A stretch of DNA of 37,068 bases from a virus. Lineage: Duplodnaviria > Caudoviricetes. The number at the start of each line of letters is the position of its first letter. Positions within the stretch are counted from its first letter, which is position 1. Location of the stretch: positions 1-37,068 of the IMG/VR virus record IMGVR_UViG_3300020045_013707; one strand, given 5' to 3'. The notes beneath the pieces were generated by a model. That model was not told the DNA's origin. It saw nothing but the letters and a program-made list of their open reading frames with translations, and did not search any database. Positions 26,850 through 34,707 of this stretch are shown piece after piece. The translations under genes were made by a program, and so were the position numbers.

Positions 26850-27249
26850 ATTGCCATGATCTCTTTTTAAAAGAAAAGGTTGGCGAGAGATTGTTAGTAA
26901 TTAATGCGGCTTTTATTCGTTGATGGGCTTTTGTCTATATATATGGGCTTTTCTGGGCTTGTTTTGCTTTGATTGTAGGGCTGCGATTTTTTGGTTCTTC
27001 TACTTCGATCTTACTATTTATAGATACATTATGCACAAAAAATAGGCAATATAATTAATTGCAGCTTAAATGAACAAGAAAGCGTAATGATTACAGCTAC
27101 TTATAAAATATCATGACAATGTGCGTTGGTAATTGAATGAAAATAAAAGAAGCTTGACTACAATCGTTTGCAAAATGTAGAAATATTGCAATTTAGTGAT
27201 TGACAAATAGAAAATCATTAAGGTGAAAAACTTACAAAGGAGAACAATA

Positions 27250-27387
27250 ATGACAAAGAATACAAAAAAAAGAATTATAGAGGTTTTTGAGGTTTTTGAG
27301 GTTTTTGAGGTGACAACAATTTTCTCCCTATCAATCCTCTCAATTTTCACCACATTTTATCTTCTAACCCTATCAATCACCAATTGA
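27250..27387 (+). CDS. 45-aa membrane peptide, first early ORF
   Basis: AAGGAGAAC RBS at 27237; MTKNTKKRIIEVFEVFEVFEVTTIFSLSILSIFTTFYLLTLSITN*. Not in the ORF track. Confidence 0.6.
   Translation: MTKNTKKRIIEVFEVFEVFEVTTIFSLSILSIFTTFYLLTLSITN
27280..27311 (+). repeat. Tandem 9-bp repeat (GAGGTTTTT)x3 plus partial copy
   Basis: Seen directly; encodes EVF repeats in frame. Confidence 0.9.
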
Positions 27388-27426
27388 TGAGATTCCCTCT
27401 CAATTAAAGTATTGATTACATATATC

Positions 27427-27466
27427 GCGGCGCAAGATAGTTGAAGTCATCAACTAATCTCGCCGC
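27427..27466 (+). other. Intergenic stem-loop
   Basis: GCGGCG..AGA-TAGTTGA / TCAACTA-ATCT-CGCCGC; no U-tail. Confidence 0.7.
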
Positions 27467-27537
27467 TCAAACCAAGTAAGTTAAGTTATTGAAATTATTA
27501 AACAAGCTTTAAACAATTAAGAAAAGGAGAACAACAA

Positions 27538-27702
27538 ATGAGCAATGAATATGACCAGAAAATAATCGCGGACATGATTAATTGGATTTCAGACTGTGAA
27601 GAGGATTTTGACGCTGAAATTTATACGCCACGCGAGATTATTCGCATGGTCGCGAGCAATTATAGTGGCGGAGTCGAGCAATTTATTCTTGATGGGCTTT
27701 AA
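27538..27702 (+). CDS. 54-aa acidic early protein
   Basis: AAGGAGAAC RBS at 27524; MSNEYDQKIIADMINWISDCEEDFD...NYSGGVEQFILDGL*. Not in the ORF track. Confidence 0.8.
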   Translation: MSNEYDQKIIADMINWISDCEEDFDAEIYTPREIIRMVASNYSGGVEQFILDGL

Positions 27703-27709
27703 TTACCAT

Positions 27710-27745
27710 TCAATCAGCCTAGCCTTTTCTGCTGGGTTGACTTGA
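27710..27745 (+). other. Intergenic stem-loop before ardC
   Basis: TCAA-TCAGCCTAGC / GCTGGGTTGA-C-TTGA with G-U pairs favouring the + strand. Confidence 0.65.
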
Positions 27746-27769
27746 GTAGTAACAAAGGAGAACAGCGAA

Positions 27770-28654
27770 ATGAAAGTTAAGAAAAACGTGTATGAAATTA
27801 TAACCTCTAAGATTCTCGAAGACTTGGAATCTATGAATAATCCCTGGGTAAAGCCATGGGTAAGTCGATCAATCGGCTGTCAGAAAAATGGGGAGTCAAA
27901 GCGAGCCTATACTGGGATTAATGCTTTGATTCTAGCGACAAGTGGTCGGGAATCGGATAACTGGCTAACTTTTAATCAGATCAATAAGCTAGGCTTAAGG
28001 CTTAAAAAGGGTTCAAAGTCGGCCCCTGTTATTGGATGGTTTAAGACTCGCGGCAAAAAAGATGAGGAGACGGGAGAGATTGATCTAGATTCTAGTTATC
28101 TTTCCGCTCGCTTTTTTAATGTGTTTAATGCTTTTGACATTGAGGATTGTCCAGAAAGCCTATTAGGCTTCAAGGATACTCCGACTTATGAGAATCCGCG
28201 TTTCGATCATGCTGATTCACTGATTCAAGCGACACAGGCAAAGATCAATCATGGTTACGCCGCAGCTTTCTATAGGCCCTCAGTCGATGAGGTTTATATG
28301 CCAGACCTCAACAAGTTCACCTATTCCCACGAGTATTACTCGACATTATTCCATGAGTTAGGTCACTGGACAGGCAGTCAAAAGCGCCTTGCTCGTTTTA
28401 AGGATAACAAGGTGGCTGCATTTAGGTCCTTGGAATATTCGCGCGAAGAGCTTGTCGCAGAGTTGTGTTCGGTTTTTGTCTGCTCAACTTTGGACATTAC
28501 TTCAGACAACACTTATCGCAACTCGGTAGCTTACTTGAAGGGTTGGGCAAAGTTCTTGCGTGACGATGCAAAGGCTTTCGTGATTGCAGCACAGCAAGCG
28601 CAGAAAGCGAGTGATTTTATACTGGATTTTAATGCTGAAAAGGTAGGTGAGTAA
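27770..28654 (+). CDS. ardC: ArdC-like anti-restriction protein (ssDNA-binding domain plus zincin metallopeptidase)
   Basis: VYEIITSKI...PWVKPW...YTGINALIL...WLTFNQ...LKKGSK; AFYRPSVDEVYMP; HELGHWTG; YSREELVAEL. Confidence 0.92.
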   Translation: MKVKKNVYEIITSKILEDLESMNNPWVKPWVSRSIGCQKNGESKRAYTGINALILATSGRESDNWLTFNQINKLGLRLKKGSKSAPVIGWFKTRGKKDEETGEIDLDSSYLSARFFNVFNAFDIEDCPESLLGFKDTPTYENPRFDHADSLIQATQAKINHGYAAAFYRPSVDEVYMPDLNKFTYSHEYYSTLFHELGHWTGSQKRLARFKDNKVAAFRSLEYSREELVAELCSVFVCSTLDITSDNTYRNSVAYLKGWAKFLRDDAKAFVIAAQQAQKASDFILDFNAEKVGE

Positions 28655-28902
28655 TGGGAGCAATAATAGCAAGTGTGAAAAAGGGTGATGAGCCCTTTTT
28701 TATCAAGACTGATTTTGTGGCCGATACGAATGACGTCTGTTGGTACGTTTACAAGCGCCTTAAAAATGGCAGTGAAAAGTTAGTTAAGGTTTTTAAAACT
28801 AGGCGCGGAGCAATCAATGGTTGCTATAGCAAGAACTTAGGTCATTTTCAGAATCAAGGATATACGAGTTTTCGTTTGATAGAAAAGGTAGGTGAACAAT
28901 GA
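28654..28902 (+). CDS. Hypothetical early protein
   Basis: TAATG coupling; AGGTGA RBS. Confidence 0.75.
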   Translation: MGAIIASVKKGDEPFFIKTDFVADTNDVCWYVYKRLKNGSEKLVKVFKTRRGAINGCYSKNLGHFQNQGYTSFRLIEKVGEQ

Positions 28903-29150
28903 TTAATCCGAACAAGACTTACTTAACTCGGGGAACCTTGGTTGAAATAACTAGGCGAAAAGACGGCTCGATCGTGACCTTAACGGTCGAGCTTGATAGC
29001 GGCAAGCGCCTTGAGTCGGCTCTTGGTGTTGAGCACAAGACGATCAGTGTTGGCGAGCGCGTCCAGTGTTGGAGTAGTTACCGAATAACGAGCGAGAGAT
29101 ATGTGATTGATAAAATTAGGCGAATAGCGAAAAAGAGAGGTGAGTCATGA
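28899..29150 (+). CDS. Hypothetical early protein (beta-rich, possibly OB-fold-like)
   Basis: ATGA coupling; RGTLVEI...VTLTVEL...ISVGERV. Confidence 0.7.
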   Translation: MINPNKTYLTRGTLVEITRRKDGSIVTLTVELDSGKRLESALGVEHKTISVGERVQCWSSYRITSERYVIDKIRRIAKKRGES

Positions 29151-29413
29151 AAAAGGTATTTAATTCCGAGATAATTCTGGACGCGCTAGTGAAGTACACT
29201 GGCAAGCCTTTCGAGTATGACGAGATAACAAGAGTATGGGAGTCAAAGGATTATGCACTAGTTGAGACCGATTGGTACATCTTTGAGGTCTATGCCTTGG
29301 TTTACGATAGGGATACTGGTTTTATGAGTGATATTTTACTTGAATCGGATTTAAGTCTAGCTGACGCCATAGACAAGATCAACGCGGACATTGCGCAAAA
29401 GGTAGGTTTATAA
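29147..29413 (+). CDS. Hypothetical acidic early protein
   Basis: ATGA coupling; GAGGTG RBS. Confidence 0.75.
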   Translation: MKKVFNSEIILDALVKYTGKPFEYDEITRVWESKDYALVETDWYIFEVYALVYDRDTGFMSDILLESDLSLADAIDKINADIAQKVGL

Positions 29414-29670
29414 TGAAAATCCTAGTGTTTATGCTCATTTTATTCCCCATTAATTCGCTTAGCCACGAGTCTTTCGAGAAGGATGCAGGTTCGGTAAGAG
29501 ACCACGATCAAGGCGACTATTACGACAAGATTCGCATTGAGAGGCAATGGGAAATTGAACAAAAGCTTATCGACGAAGAGAACGAAAAAGAAATGGAGCG
29601 CATTTTTGAGAAGTCAGAGCCTTATGAGTACGAATCCTTAAACTTCAAGGACGGTGTCTTCGGTAACTAA
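29413..29670 (+). CDS. Secreted or membrane-anchored acidic protein
   Basis: Signal-peptide-like MKILVFMLILFPINSLS followed by a Glu/Asp-rich region. Confidence 0.7.
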   Translation: MKILVFMLILFPINSLSHESFEKDAGSVRDHDQGDYYDKIRIERQWEIEQKLIDEENEKEMERIFEKSEPYEYESLNFKDGVFGN

Positions 29671-29724
29671 ACCCTCACATCAATTTAAACGAGACTGAGC
29701 GCCGCACCACTCAACTTAAACCAC

Positions 29725-29760
29725 AGGGGAGCTACCTTCATATGGGTAGGCCCCTTTTTT
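29725..29760 (+). terminator. Rho-independent terminator ending the early cassette
   Basis: AGGGG-AG-CTACC...GGTAG-G-CCCCT stem followed by a T-run, between convergent genes. Confidence 0.75.
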
Positions 29761-29812
29761 ACATCCTAGCCAATCCTAGAGCGTTGGCTTTATTCCTGCC
29801 TTCTTTTTAAGC

Positions 29813-30253
29813 TTAATAGATTATTTCAACCCAAAGGTCTTGCAAGGCTTCGAGCACTGCAATTTTAAGTTTAAAAGCAGGAAGGTTAGCGGTGATGGGA
29901 CTTTTCACATCCTCAACGATGACCTTACCGTCACTGATTCGGGTGTACTTAAAGTCGGCAATGTATCTGACTTGCCGACCGAGCTTTAGGTTATGACCCT
30001 TGCCGCGATAGCGAATAGGCTTACCACTTTCCGTCTCAAGCCTGAATGTTGGGTGGCACTCGATGTCCTTGATTAATCCGTCTTTTTCCATCGACTTAAG
30101 TTCAAGGTATCTATGAAGCTCTTTCTTAGAATCAAAGCTAATCCCTTCAAAGTTTACTCTCACGTTATTGTATTTTTGCTTTCCCTTTGGCTGTTCAGTT
30201 CTCGGTTTAAAGACCTTCTTTCTCTTCCCAACCATGTTTCCTTTGCCGTACAT
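29813..30253 (-). CDS. DUF1064-family PD-(D/E)XK endonuclease
   Basis: KYNN...GISFDSKKE..RY..LK; YIADFKY; IVEDVKS. Confidence 0.88.
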   Translation of the reverse strand: MYGKGNMVGKRKKVFKPRTEQPKGKQKYNNVRVNFEGISFDSKKELHRYLELKSMEKDGLIKDIECHPTFRLETESGKPIRYRGKGHNLKLGRQVRYIADFKYTRISDGKVIVEDVKSPITANLPAFKLKIAVLEALQDLWVEIIY

Positions 30254-30651
30254 TATTGCCCCTCCCCTTTGTCGTCTTTCTCGCTGCGCTCTGCCCTATT
30301 TTTAACCGATTGCCCATCAAAAAAATCATACTCTTCAGTACCGACAACGAGATCATAAAACCTTGACGCATTCTCTGGCCGATTGGCCCAAGACATATAC
30401 TCTCTTTCACTCTGCTTATCTCTCACGCGAAGGTGATACTCAAAGTGTGCTTCGTGACTTATGACATCGCGAGTGATGAGTCCGGCATTGCAGTAATACT
30501 CTTTGACGAAAATTATACCACAAGGCCTAACCAGTTTCCTTCTCACGATCTTAGTTAAAGCATAATATTTCTGCCGAACGGGCTTGATTTCCCTCTCGTT
30601 TAATCCTTGCCAACCCCAATTGTCTTCCGGTCCATTGCCCGACTTTTCCAA
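30253..30651 (-). CDS. Hypothetical protein
   Basis: GGGGAG RBS before TTG; TAATG coupling with the nuclease gene. Confidence 0.7.
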   Translation of the reverse strand: MEKSGNGPEDNWGWQGLNEREIKPVRQKYYALTKIVRRKLVRPCGIIFVKEYYCNAGLITRDVISHEAHFEYHLRVRDKQSEREYMSWANRPENASRFYDLVVGTEEYDFFDGQSVKNRAERSEKDDKGEGQ

Positions 30652-30692
30652 ATTAATCTCCCCCGAGAAAACCCCAACCTCAAACCAAAACG

Positions 30693-31019
30693 CTAATTGA
30701 ATAATTTGTTTTCGGCATGGAGCGCGGCGACATAATCCGAATGCAGCTCAACCGCACACAGTGGCTCTGTCTGCATCGCGATCACAAACCCTATCCAATG
30801 TGACCCCATCGCTTCTAATCTCAATACAATCAAATCTAGGCATCCTGAGAGGCTCTCAAGCTCATCCACGTTATCCCCTATCCCACTTTCTCCCTTTAAG
30901 GCCTTTTCGATCTCAATTCCAATCCCTAGCGCGATCATAGAAAGCTTATCATCGCTCGTTGTTTCGCGACCCAGGGCTTCAAAGCACAGCCTTACTAGCT
31001 CGTTATTGGTCGGGTTCAT
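30693..31019 (-). CDS. Hypothetical protein (start uncertain; 31019 preferred over the 31397 track start)
   Basis: Fills the gap after the helicase; the longer version would overlap the helicase by ~290 bp. Confidence 0.55.
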   Translation of the reverse strand: MNPTNNELVRLCFEALGRETTSDDKLSMIALGIGIEIEKALKGESGIGDNVDELESLSGCLDLIVLRLEAMGSHWIGFVIAMQTEPLCAVELHSDYVAALHAENKLFN

Positions 31020-31107
31020 TCGCCTTTCAACCTCACTCACCATGCTTTCAGGGAGCGGTTCTTTCGAGATTCCTTTGGGTGAGATAGGGTAATCGGGGAA
31101 GTTCTCC

Positions 31108-32196
31108 TCAATCTTTGTACGCAGTTCTTGGTACATTTTTAAACCCAATGTTTCCATTAAAACCCTTGGCCGCGATACCACTCTTAGCCAAACTTCCATC
31201 TGTAACGGCGTGAACGGCCCACTTTGGGTAATGATCTCGTTCAAGTTCTTTAAATATTGCATCTCTTCTTTGGTTAGCTTCTCCAAGTTCATATCCCTTA
31301 TCGTAAGTGTTAGTTGTAAAATCATAAATGCCGCGCGCCGTGTAGCGATTAACAGGCCCTCTTTGCCTAAACTTAACCGCGTTAATAAAAGTATCAACCC
31401 GAGTAGTCCCGATCATGTCACCTGAACCAAGCAGAATAGCCTTGGTCGCCTGCTTATAGATCTCGCTTGACCCATGGAACTCTTCAATCGTTGGCGCGTA
31501 GAGCTTATTCTTATGGTCCACTTTCCTTAAGTGAGAAATCATAATCACTGGGATGTTATGATTGAGATTCATTTCCCTCGTGTGAGTTATGATTTCCTTA
31601 AGGCCCACTTGCTCGCTCTTGTCTCCCCAATCAAAGAAATGCGCATGATCGACAATGACGAGATCTGGCTTATCGTGAGCCACACCATTCATGAAAAGCT
31701 CAACAAACTCCGAGAGAACAAGCCCCTTGTTGCGATAGTAAGTCTTAAGGCCAGTTAAGTGATTCTCATAATACTCCTGCGCTTGCAAGTCATAGGGATA
31801 CATCTCTGGCAAAAGGGCAGACTTCCAATTGGCAAAGTCGATAAACTTATCAGCCTTCCCTTTGGCCTTAAAGAACTCTCCAGCCGACAAGCGATAAATG
31901 ATTCGATTCTCAATTTCTCTCTCGCTTGCTTCAAGGGCGTAGTAATGAACCTTCTTGCCAAGGGCAGCGTTAAACATGGCAATACTCGTTGCGGTCTCCG
32001 TCTTTCCAGCCCCAGAATAGGCCCCAAGAACTATAAGATCATCCTTGAATATGCCTATTAATGCGTCATCAAGGTACGATATTCCAAAACCAAGTCTTTC
32101 CTTAGCGAGTCTTTCCCTATCCTCAAGATCTTTCCTCGTTGCTCTCCCTTGAAAAGAAGGCCTAGACCTTCTTTCATACTCCTCAGCATCGCTCAT
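31108..32196 (-). CDS. DnaB-like (SF4) replicative helicase, ATPase domain only
   Basis: FGISYLDD; LIVLGAYSGAGKT (Walker A); LE; LVIVDH (Walker B); ISHLRK; HGSSEI; VKFR. Confidence 0.9.
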   Translation of the reverse strand: MSDAEEYERRSRPSFQGRATRKDLEDRERLAKERLGFGISYLDDALIGIFKDDLIVLGAYSGAGKTETATSIAMFNAALGKKVHYYALEASEREIENRIIYRLSAGEFFKAKGKADKFIDFANWKSALLPEMYPYDLQAQEYYENHLTGLKTYYRNKGLVLSEFVELFMNGVAHDKPDLVIVDHAHFFDWGDKSEQVGLKEIITHTREMNLNHNIPVIMISHLRKVDHKNKLYAPTIEEFHGSSEIYKQATKAILLGSGDMIGTTRVDTFINAVKFRQRGPVNRYTARGIYDFTTNTYDKGYELGEANQRRDAIFKELERDHYPKWAVHAVTDGSLAKSGIAAKGFNGNIGFKNVPRTAYKD

Positions 32197-32927
32197 AGGA
32201 ACTTTCTCCAGGCCTTCATAAAGCCTATATAGCTTAATCTAAACTTTTCCTCGTAGGGATTCTGGCAATAGTTAATAAGCGCATGATTAAGCTCATCAAG
32301 CGTCTTCTGATCCCGTATGCTGACAACAAAAAGGGCATGGGCTGAACTTATCGAATCATCACCTCGCCTTTCGGGAAAGCCTAGCCGATCAAGAACCGAC
32401 TTAAATTGCTCAAGGGTAATCCCAGCGAAACCTTCCTCACCGCCAACCTTTTTCTCGCTATCCAATTTTTGAACCGTGAGATCCTGCCCGTTAATTGAGC
32501 GACCCCAAACTTCCCCCCTAGTAGTAGGAGGGCTATGCCCGACCAGTAAAGAATCCGTACTCTTATTATTATAGGAGTCTGTTCTGTAAATTATCTTATT
32601 ACTATTACTAGGGACATCGTAAACTATTGAAATTATTGATTTTGACGCTAGGCATTCAAACGAATTGTGTACCGTTTTGATCTTAAGTCCAGTCAAACTG
32701 CATATCGAATCCATCGTGATTACAATCGGATTAGAGTCCATATTGCACGATGTCATCCATAGATCGAAGACCAGCCTATACTGGGTTGGGTTCAGTCCGG
32801 CGCGCTGCAACAACAAGTATTCCTGCAACCAAACCTTGCGGTAAACCTGCCGCCTCCCACTCGGCTTAACCAGCGGAATATTGTGTATCGTGATCTCCAT
32901 TAAAGTAAACTTATCTACCTTTTCCAT
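32193..32927 (-). CDS. Putative replication initiator (N-terminal winged HTH)
   Basis: LNPTQYRL...TMDSICSLTGLKIKTVHNSFECLASKSII HTH-like segment; low-complexity linker; directly upstream of the helicase. Confidence 0.6.
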   Translation of the reverse strand: MEKVDKFTLMEITIHNIPLVKPSGRRQVYRKVWLQEYLLLQRAGLNPTQYRLVFDLWMTSCNMDSNPIVITMDSICSLTGLKIKTVHNSFECLASKSIISIVYDVPSNSNKIIYRTDSYNNKSTDSLLVGHSPPTTRGEVWGRSINGQDLTVQKLDSEKKVGGEEGFAGITLEQFKSVLDRLGFPERRGDDSISSAHALFVVSIRDQKTLDELNHALINYCQNPYEEKFRLSYIGFMKAWRKFL

Positions 32928-33207
32928 AAAACTTCCCCTTACTTAATTGCTGCTTTATTTGTTGTTTCCTCTCCATTCTCTTGTGGAGCACTGAGGCCCC
33001 ACTCTTCTTTAATAACTGGGTTAGGACCTGACTGAAAGTCTCCTCGCTTCTCGATAGGCGCATAGCCTCTTCCATTAACGACAAAGGAACGCCTTCCATC
33101 ATGCGTATGATCCTTAAATACCTAATGAATTCCGCTTTATCCGGCTGAATGAGCCAATGAGCCGAGACATATTCCCATATGCGCTCGCAATCCTCTGAAA
33201 ATGTCAT
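32911..33207 (-). CDS. Hypothetical protein, first gene of the replication operon
   Basis: GGGAGG RBS; overlaps the initiator start. Confidence 0.7.
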   Translation of the reverse strand: MTFSEDCERIWEYVSAHWLIQPDKAEFIRYLRIIRMMEGVPLSLMEEAMRLSRSEETFSQVLTQLLKKSGASVLHKRMERKQQIKQQLSKGKFYGKGR

Positions 33208-33247
33208 GATTTTATCCTCCCACGTTATAAACCAAGCTTTTTTCTTG

Positions 33248-33288
33248 AACTTCGGGAGAATGTTTTCTAGATTTATCTCACCGAAGTT
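33248..33288. other. Inverted repeat in the leader of the replication operon
   Basis: AACTTCGG-GAGA...TCTC-A-CCGAAGTT. Confidence 0.65.
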
Positions 33289-33305
33289 TTACTTGGCCGT
33301 TAACT

Positions 33306-33334
33306 AAGGTAGAGCCTAAGATATACCCCGTCAA
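33306..33334 (-). promoter_or_regulatory. Sigma70-like leftward promoter
   Basis: TTGACG-17nt-TACCTT. Confidence 0.6.
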
Positions 33335-33391
33335 CTGGCGGGGGGCTTTTTCCCACCGCACTAAACGCCCTACCCTGTAATTAGTTCACAC

Positions 33392-33420
33392 TTGCAATCG
33401 CTTGAAAATAGATGTAACTT
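33392..33420 (+). promoter_or_regulatory. Sigma70-like rightward promoter
   Basis: TTGCAA-17nt-TAACTT upstream of the RBS at 33442. Confidence 0.5.
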
Positions 33421-33454
33421 GCCTCCGTGCTTTTGAAGCATAAGGAGAACAAAC

Positions 33455-33727
33455 ATGGCATTAGTTGAATATGATTTACCCGATTCCCAAGTCTACTTTC
33501 TCGGTGATACCAAGAAGGATTCCGAAGGCAATCTCACTGTTATCGACTTCCAAGTCTGGGTCGGTGCAGACTACTTCGACATTGAATTAACCGATAAGCT
33601 CACCGTTGAGGAGCTTGGTAAGCTTAAGGCCCTTTGGCTTGAGATCTATGAAGGTGAAATGGCGCATAAGATTGGCGCAGTAGACGAAGACCTTGAATAT
33701 GACCTGCTTAAGGCGGGTGACTTATGA
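33455..33727 (+). CDS. Hypothetical strongly acidic protein
   Basis: AAGGAGAAC RBS; Asp/Glu-rich. Confidence 0.8.
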   Translation: MALVEYDLPDSQVYFLGDTKKDSEGNLTVIDFQVWVGADYFDIELTDKLTVEELGKLKALWLEIYEGEMAHKIGAVDEDLEYDLLKAGDL

Positions 33728-34707
33728 GTAACATTGAGAAGATTAAGGTCGTTAAAGACATTGTGGACCTAGCAGAGTATGACTTTAATAAGAATGCTGC
33801 TGTCCACGGCGCGGTCTCTTACAATCAAGAGGCCTCCTTTTCCATGCAGATCCTTCGCAACAACCAATACCTTGCAGGTGTTGCCTATAACAACCAAGAC
33901 TCGCTTAAGGCGGCTATCATTAACGTGGCGAACATTGGCCTTTCGCTCAACCCAGTAAAGAAGCTGGCCTACCTTGTGCCTCGCGATGGGAAGGTTTGTC
34001 TTGATGTAAGTTATATCGGGCTTATTTCTCTCGCCCTTAATACTGGCAATATCTCATGGGTTAAGGCTGACCTTGTATATGAGGCCGATGAATTTATCCA
34101 TACTGGCCTTGGTCGAGAGCCTGTCCATAAGTTTAATCCCTTTGGCGAGAGAGGAAAGATCCTTGGCTGCTACTGTGTCGCTAAACTTAAAGACGGCGAC
34201 TACATCACCGAGATCATGGGCATTGAAGAGATCTATGCCATTCGTAACCGCTCAATTGCCTATAAGTCCTACCTTAAGGATAAATCTAAGTCTTGCCCAT
34301 GGGTCACAGACGAGGGTGAAATGATTAAAAAAACCGTTATCCGTAGAGCCTATAAGTCTTGGCCCATGGTTAACACTCAACGCTTTGACTCGGCCATTGA
34401 AGCGACTCAGGACGTCCACGAAATAGACCTTGATGCCAAGCTGTCGGTAGCCCCCGACAATGAATACGCCGAACTCATAGAAAAGTGTGCGGCAAAGATA
34501 GATTTTCTTGGAAGGTCTGAGGAAGACGTTAAGACTTATCTTGGCCGACTCTTCCAAAGAAAGCTCAATGGTCTAAATGATCTCACTGTCAATGAATTAC
34601 ATAAATTTAATTCTATCCTTGACAGTAGCATTGAGATGAAATTAAAGGAAGTGGAGAACAAACAATTGAACACTGGAGAACACAATGAAAAGCATACCAC
34701 AGATTAA
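33724..34707 (+). CDS. recT: RecT-family ssDNA annealing protein
   Basis: SLKAAIINVANIGLSLNP...AYLVPR...LDVSYIGL; LVYEADEF; PWVTDEGEMIKKTVIRRAYKSWP. Confidence 0.92.
   Translation: MSNIEKIKVVKDIVDLAEYDFNKNAAVHGAVSYNQEASFSMQILRNNQYLAGVAYNNQDSLKAAIINVANIGLSLNPVKKLAYLVPRDGKVCLDVSYIGLISLALNTGNISWVKADLVYEADEFIHTGLGREPVHKFNPFGERGKILGCYCVAKLKDGDYITEIMGIEEIYAIRNRSIAYKSYLKDKSKSCPWVTDEGEMIKKTVIRRAYKSWPMVNTQRFDSAIEATQDVHEIDLDAKLSVAPDNEYAELIEKCAAKIDFLGRSEEDVKTYLGRLFQRKLNGLNDLTVNELHKFNSILDSSIEMKLKEVENKQLNTGEHNEKHTTD

Noticed and set aside
27111-27353. 80-aa minus-strand ORF
   Set aside because: Antisense to the RBS-supported 27250 ORF; low-complexity AT-rich sequence
27380-27405. Additional Fur-like box TGAGATT-C-CCTCTCA
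   Set aside because: Five mismatches to the 7-1-7 core; too degenerate to count
27482-27494. IHF-like site TAAGTTATTGAAA
   Set aside because: One mismatch to a short degenerate consensus in AT-rich DNA; expected by chance
31020-31397. N-terminal extension of the 30693..31397 ORF
   Set aside because: Overlaps the conserved helicase C-terminus by ~290 bp; a downstream start is more parsimonious
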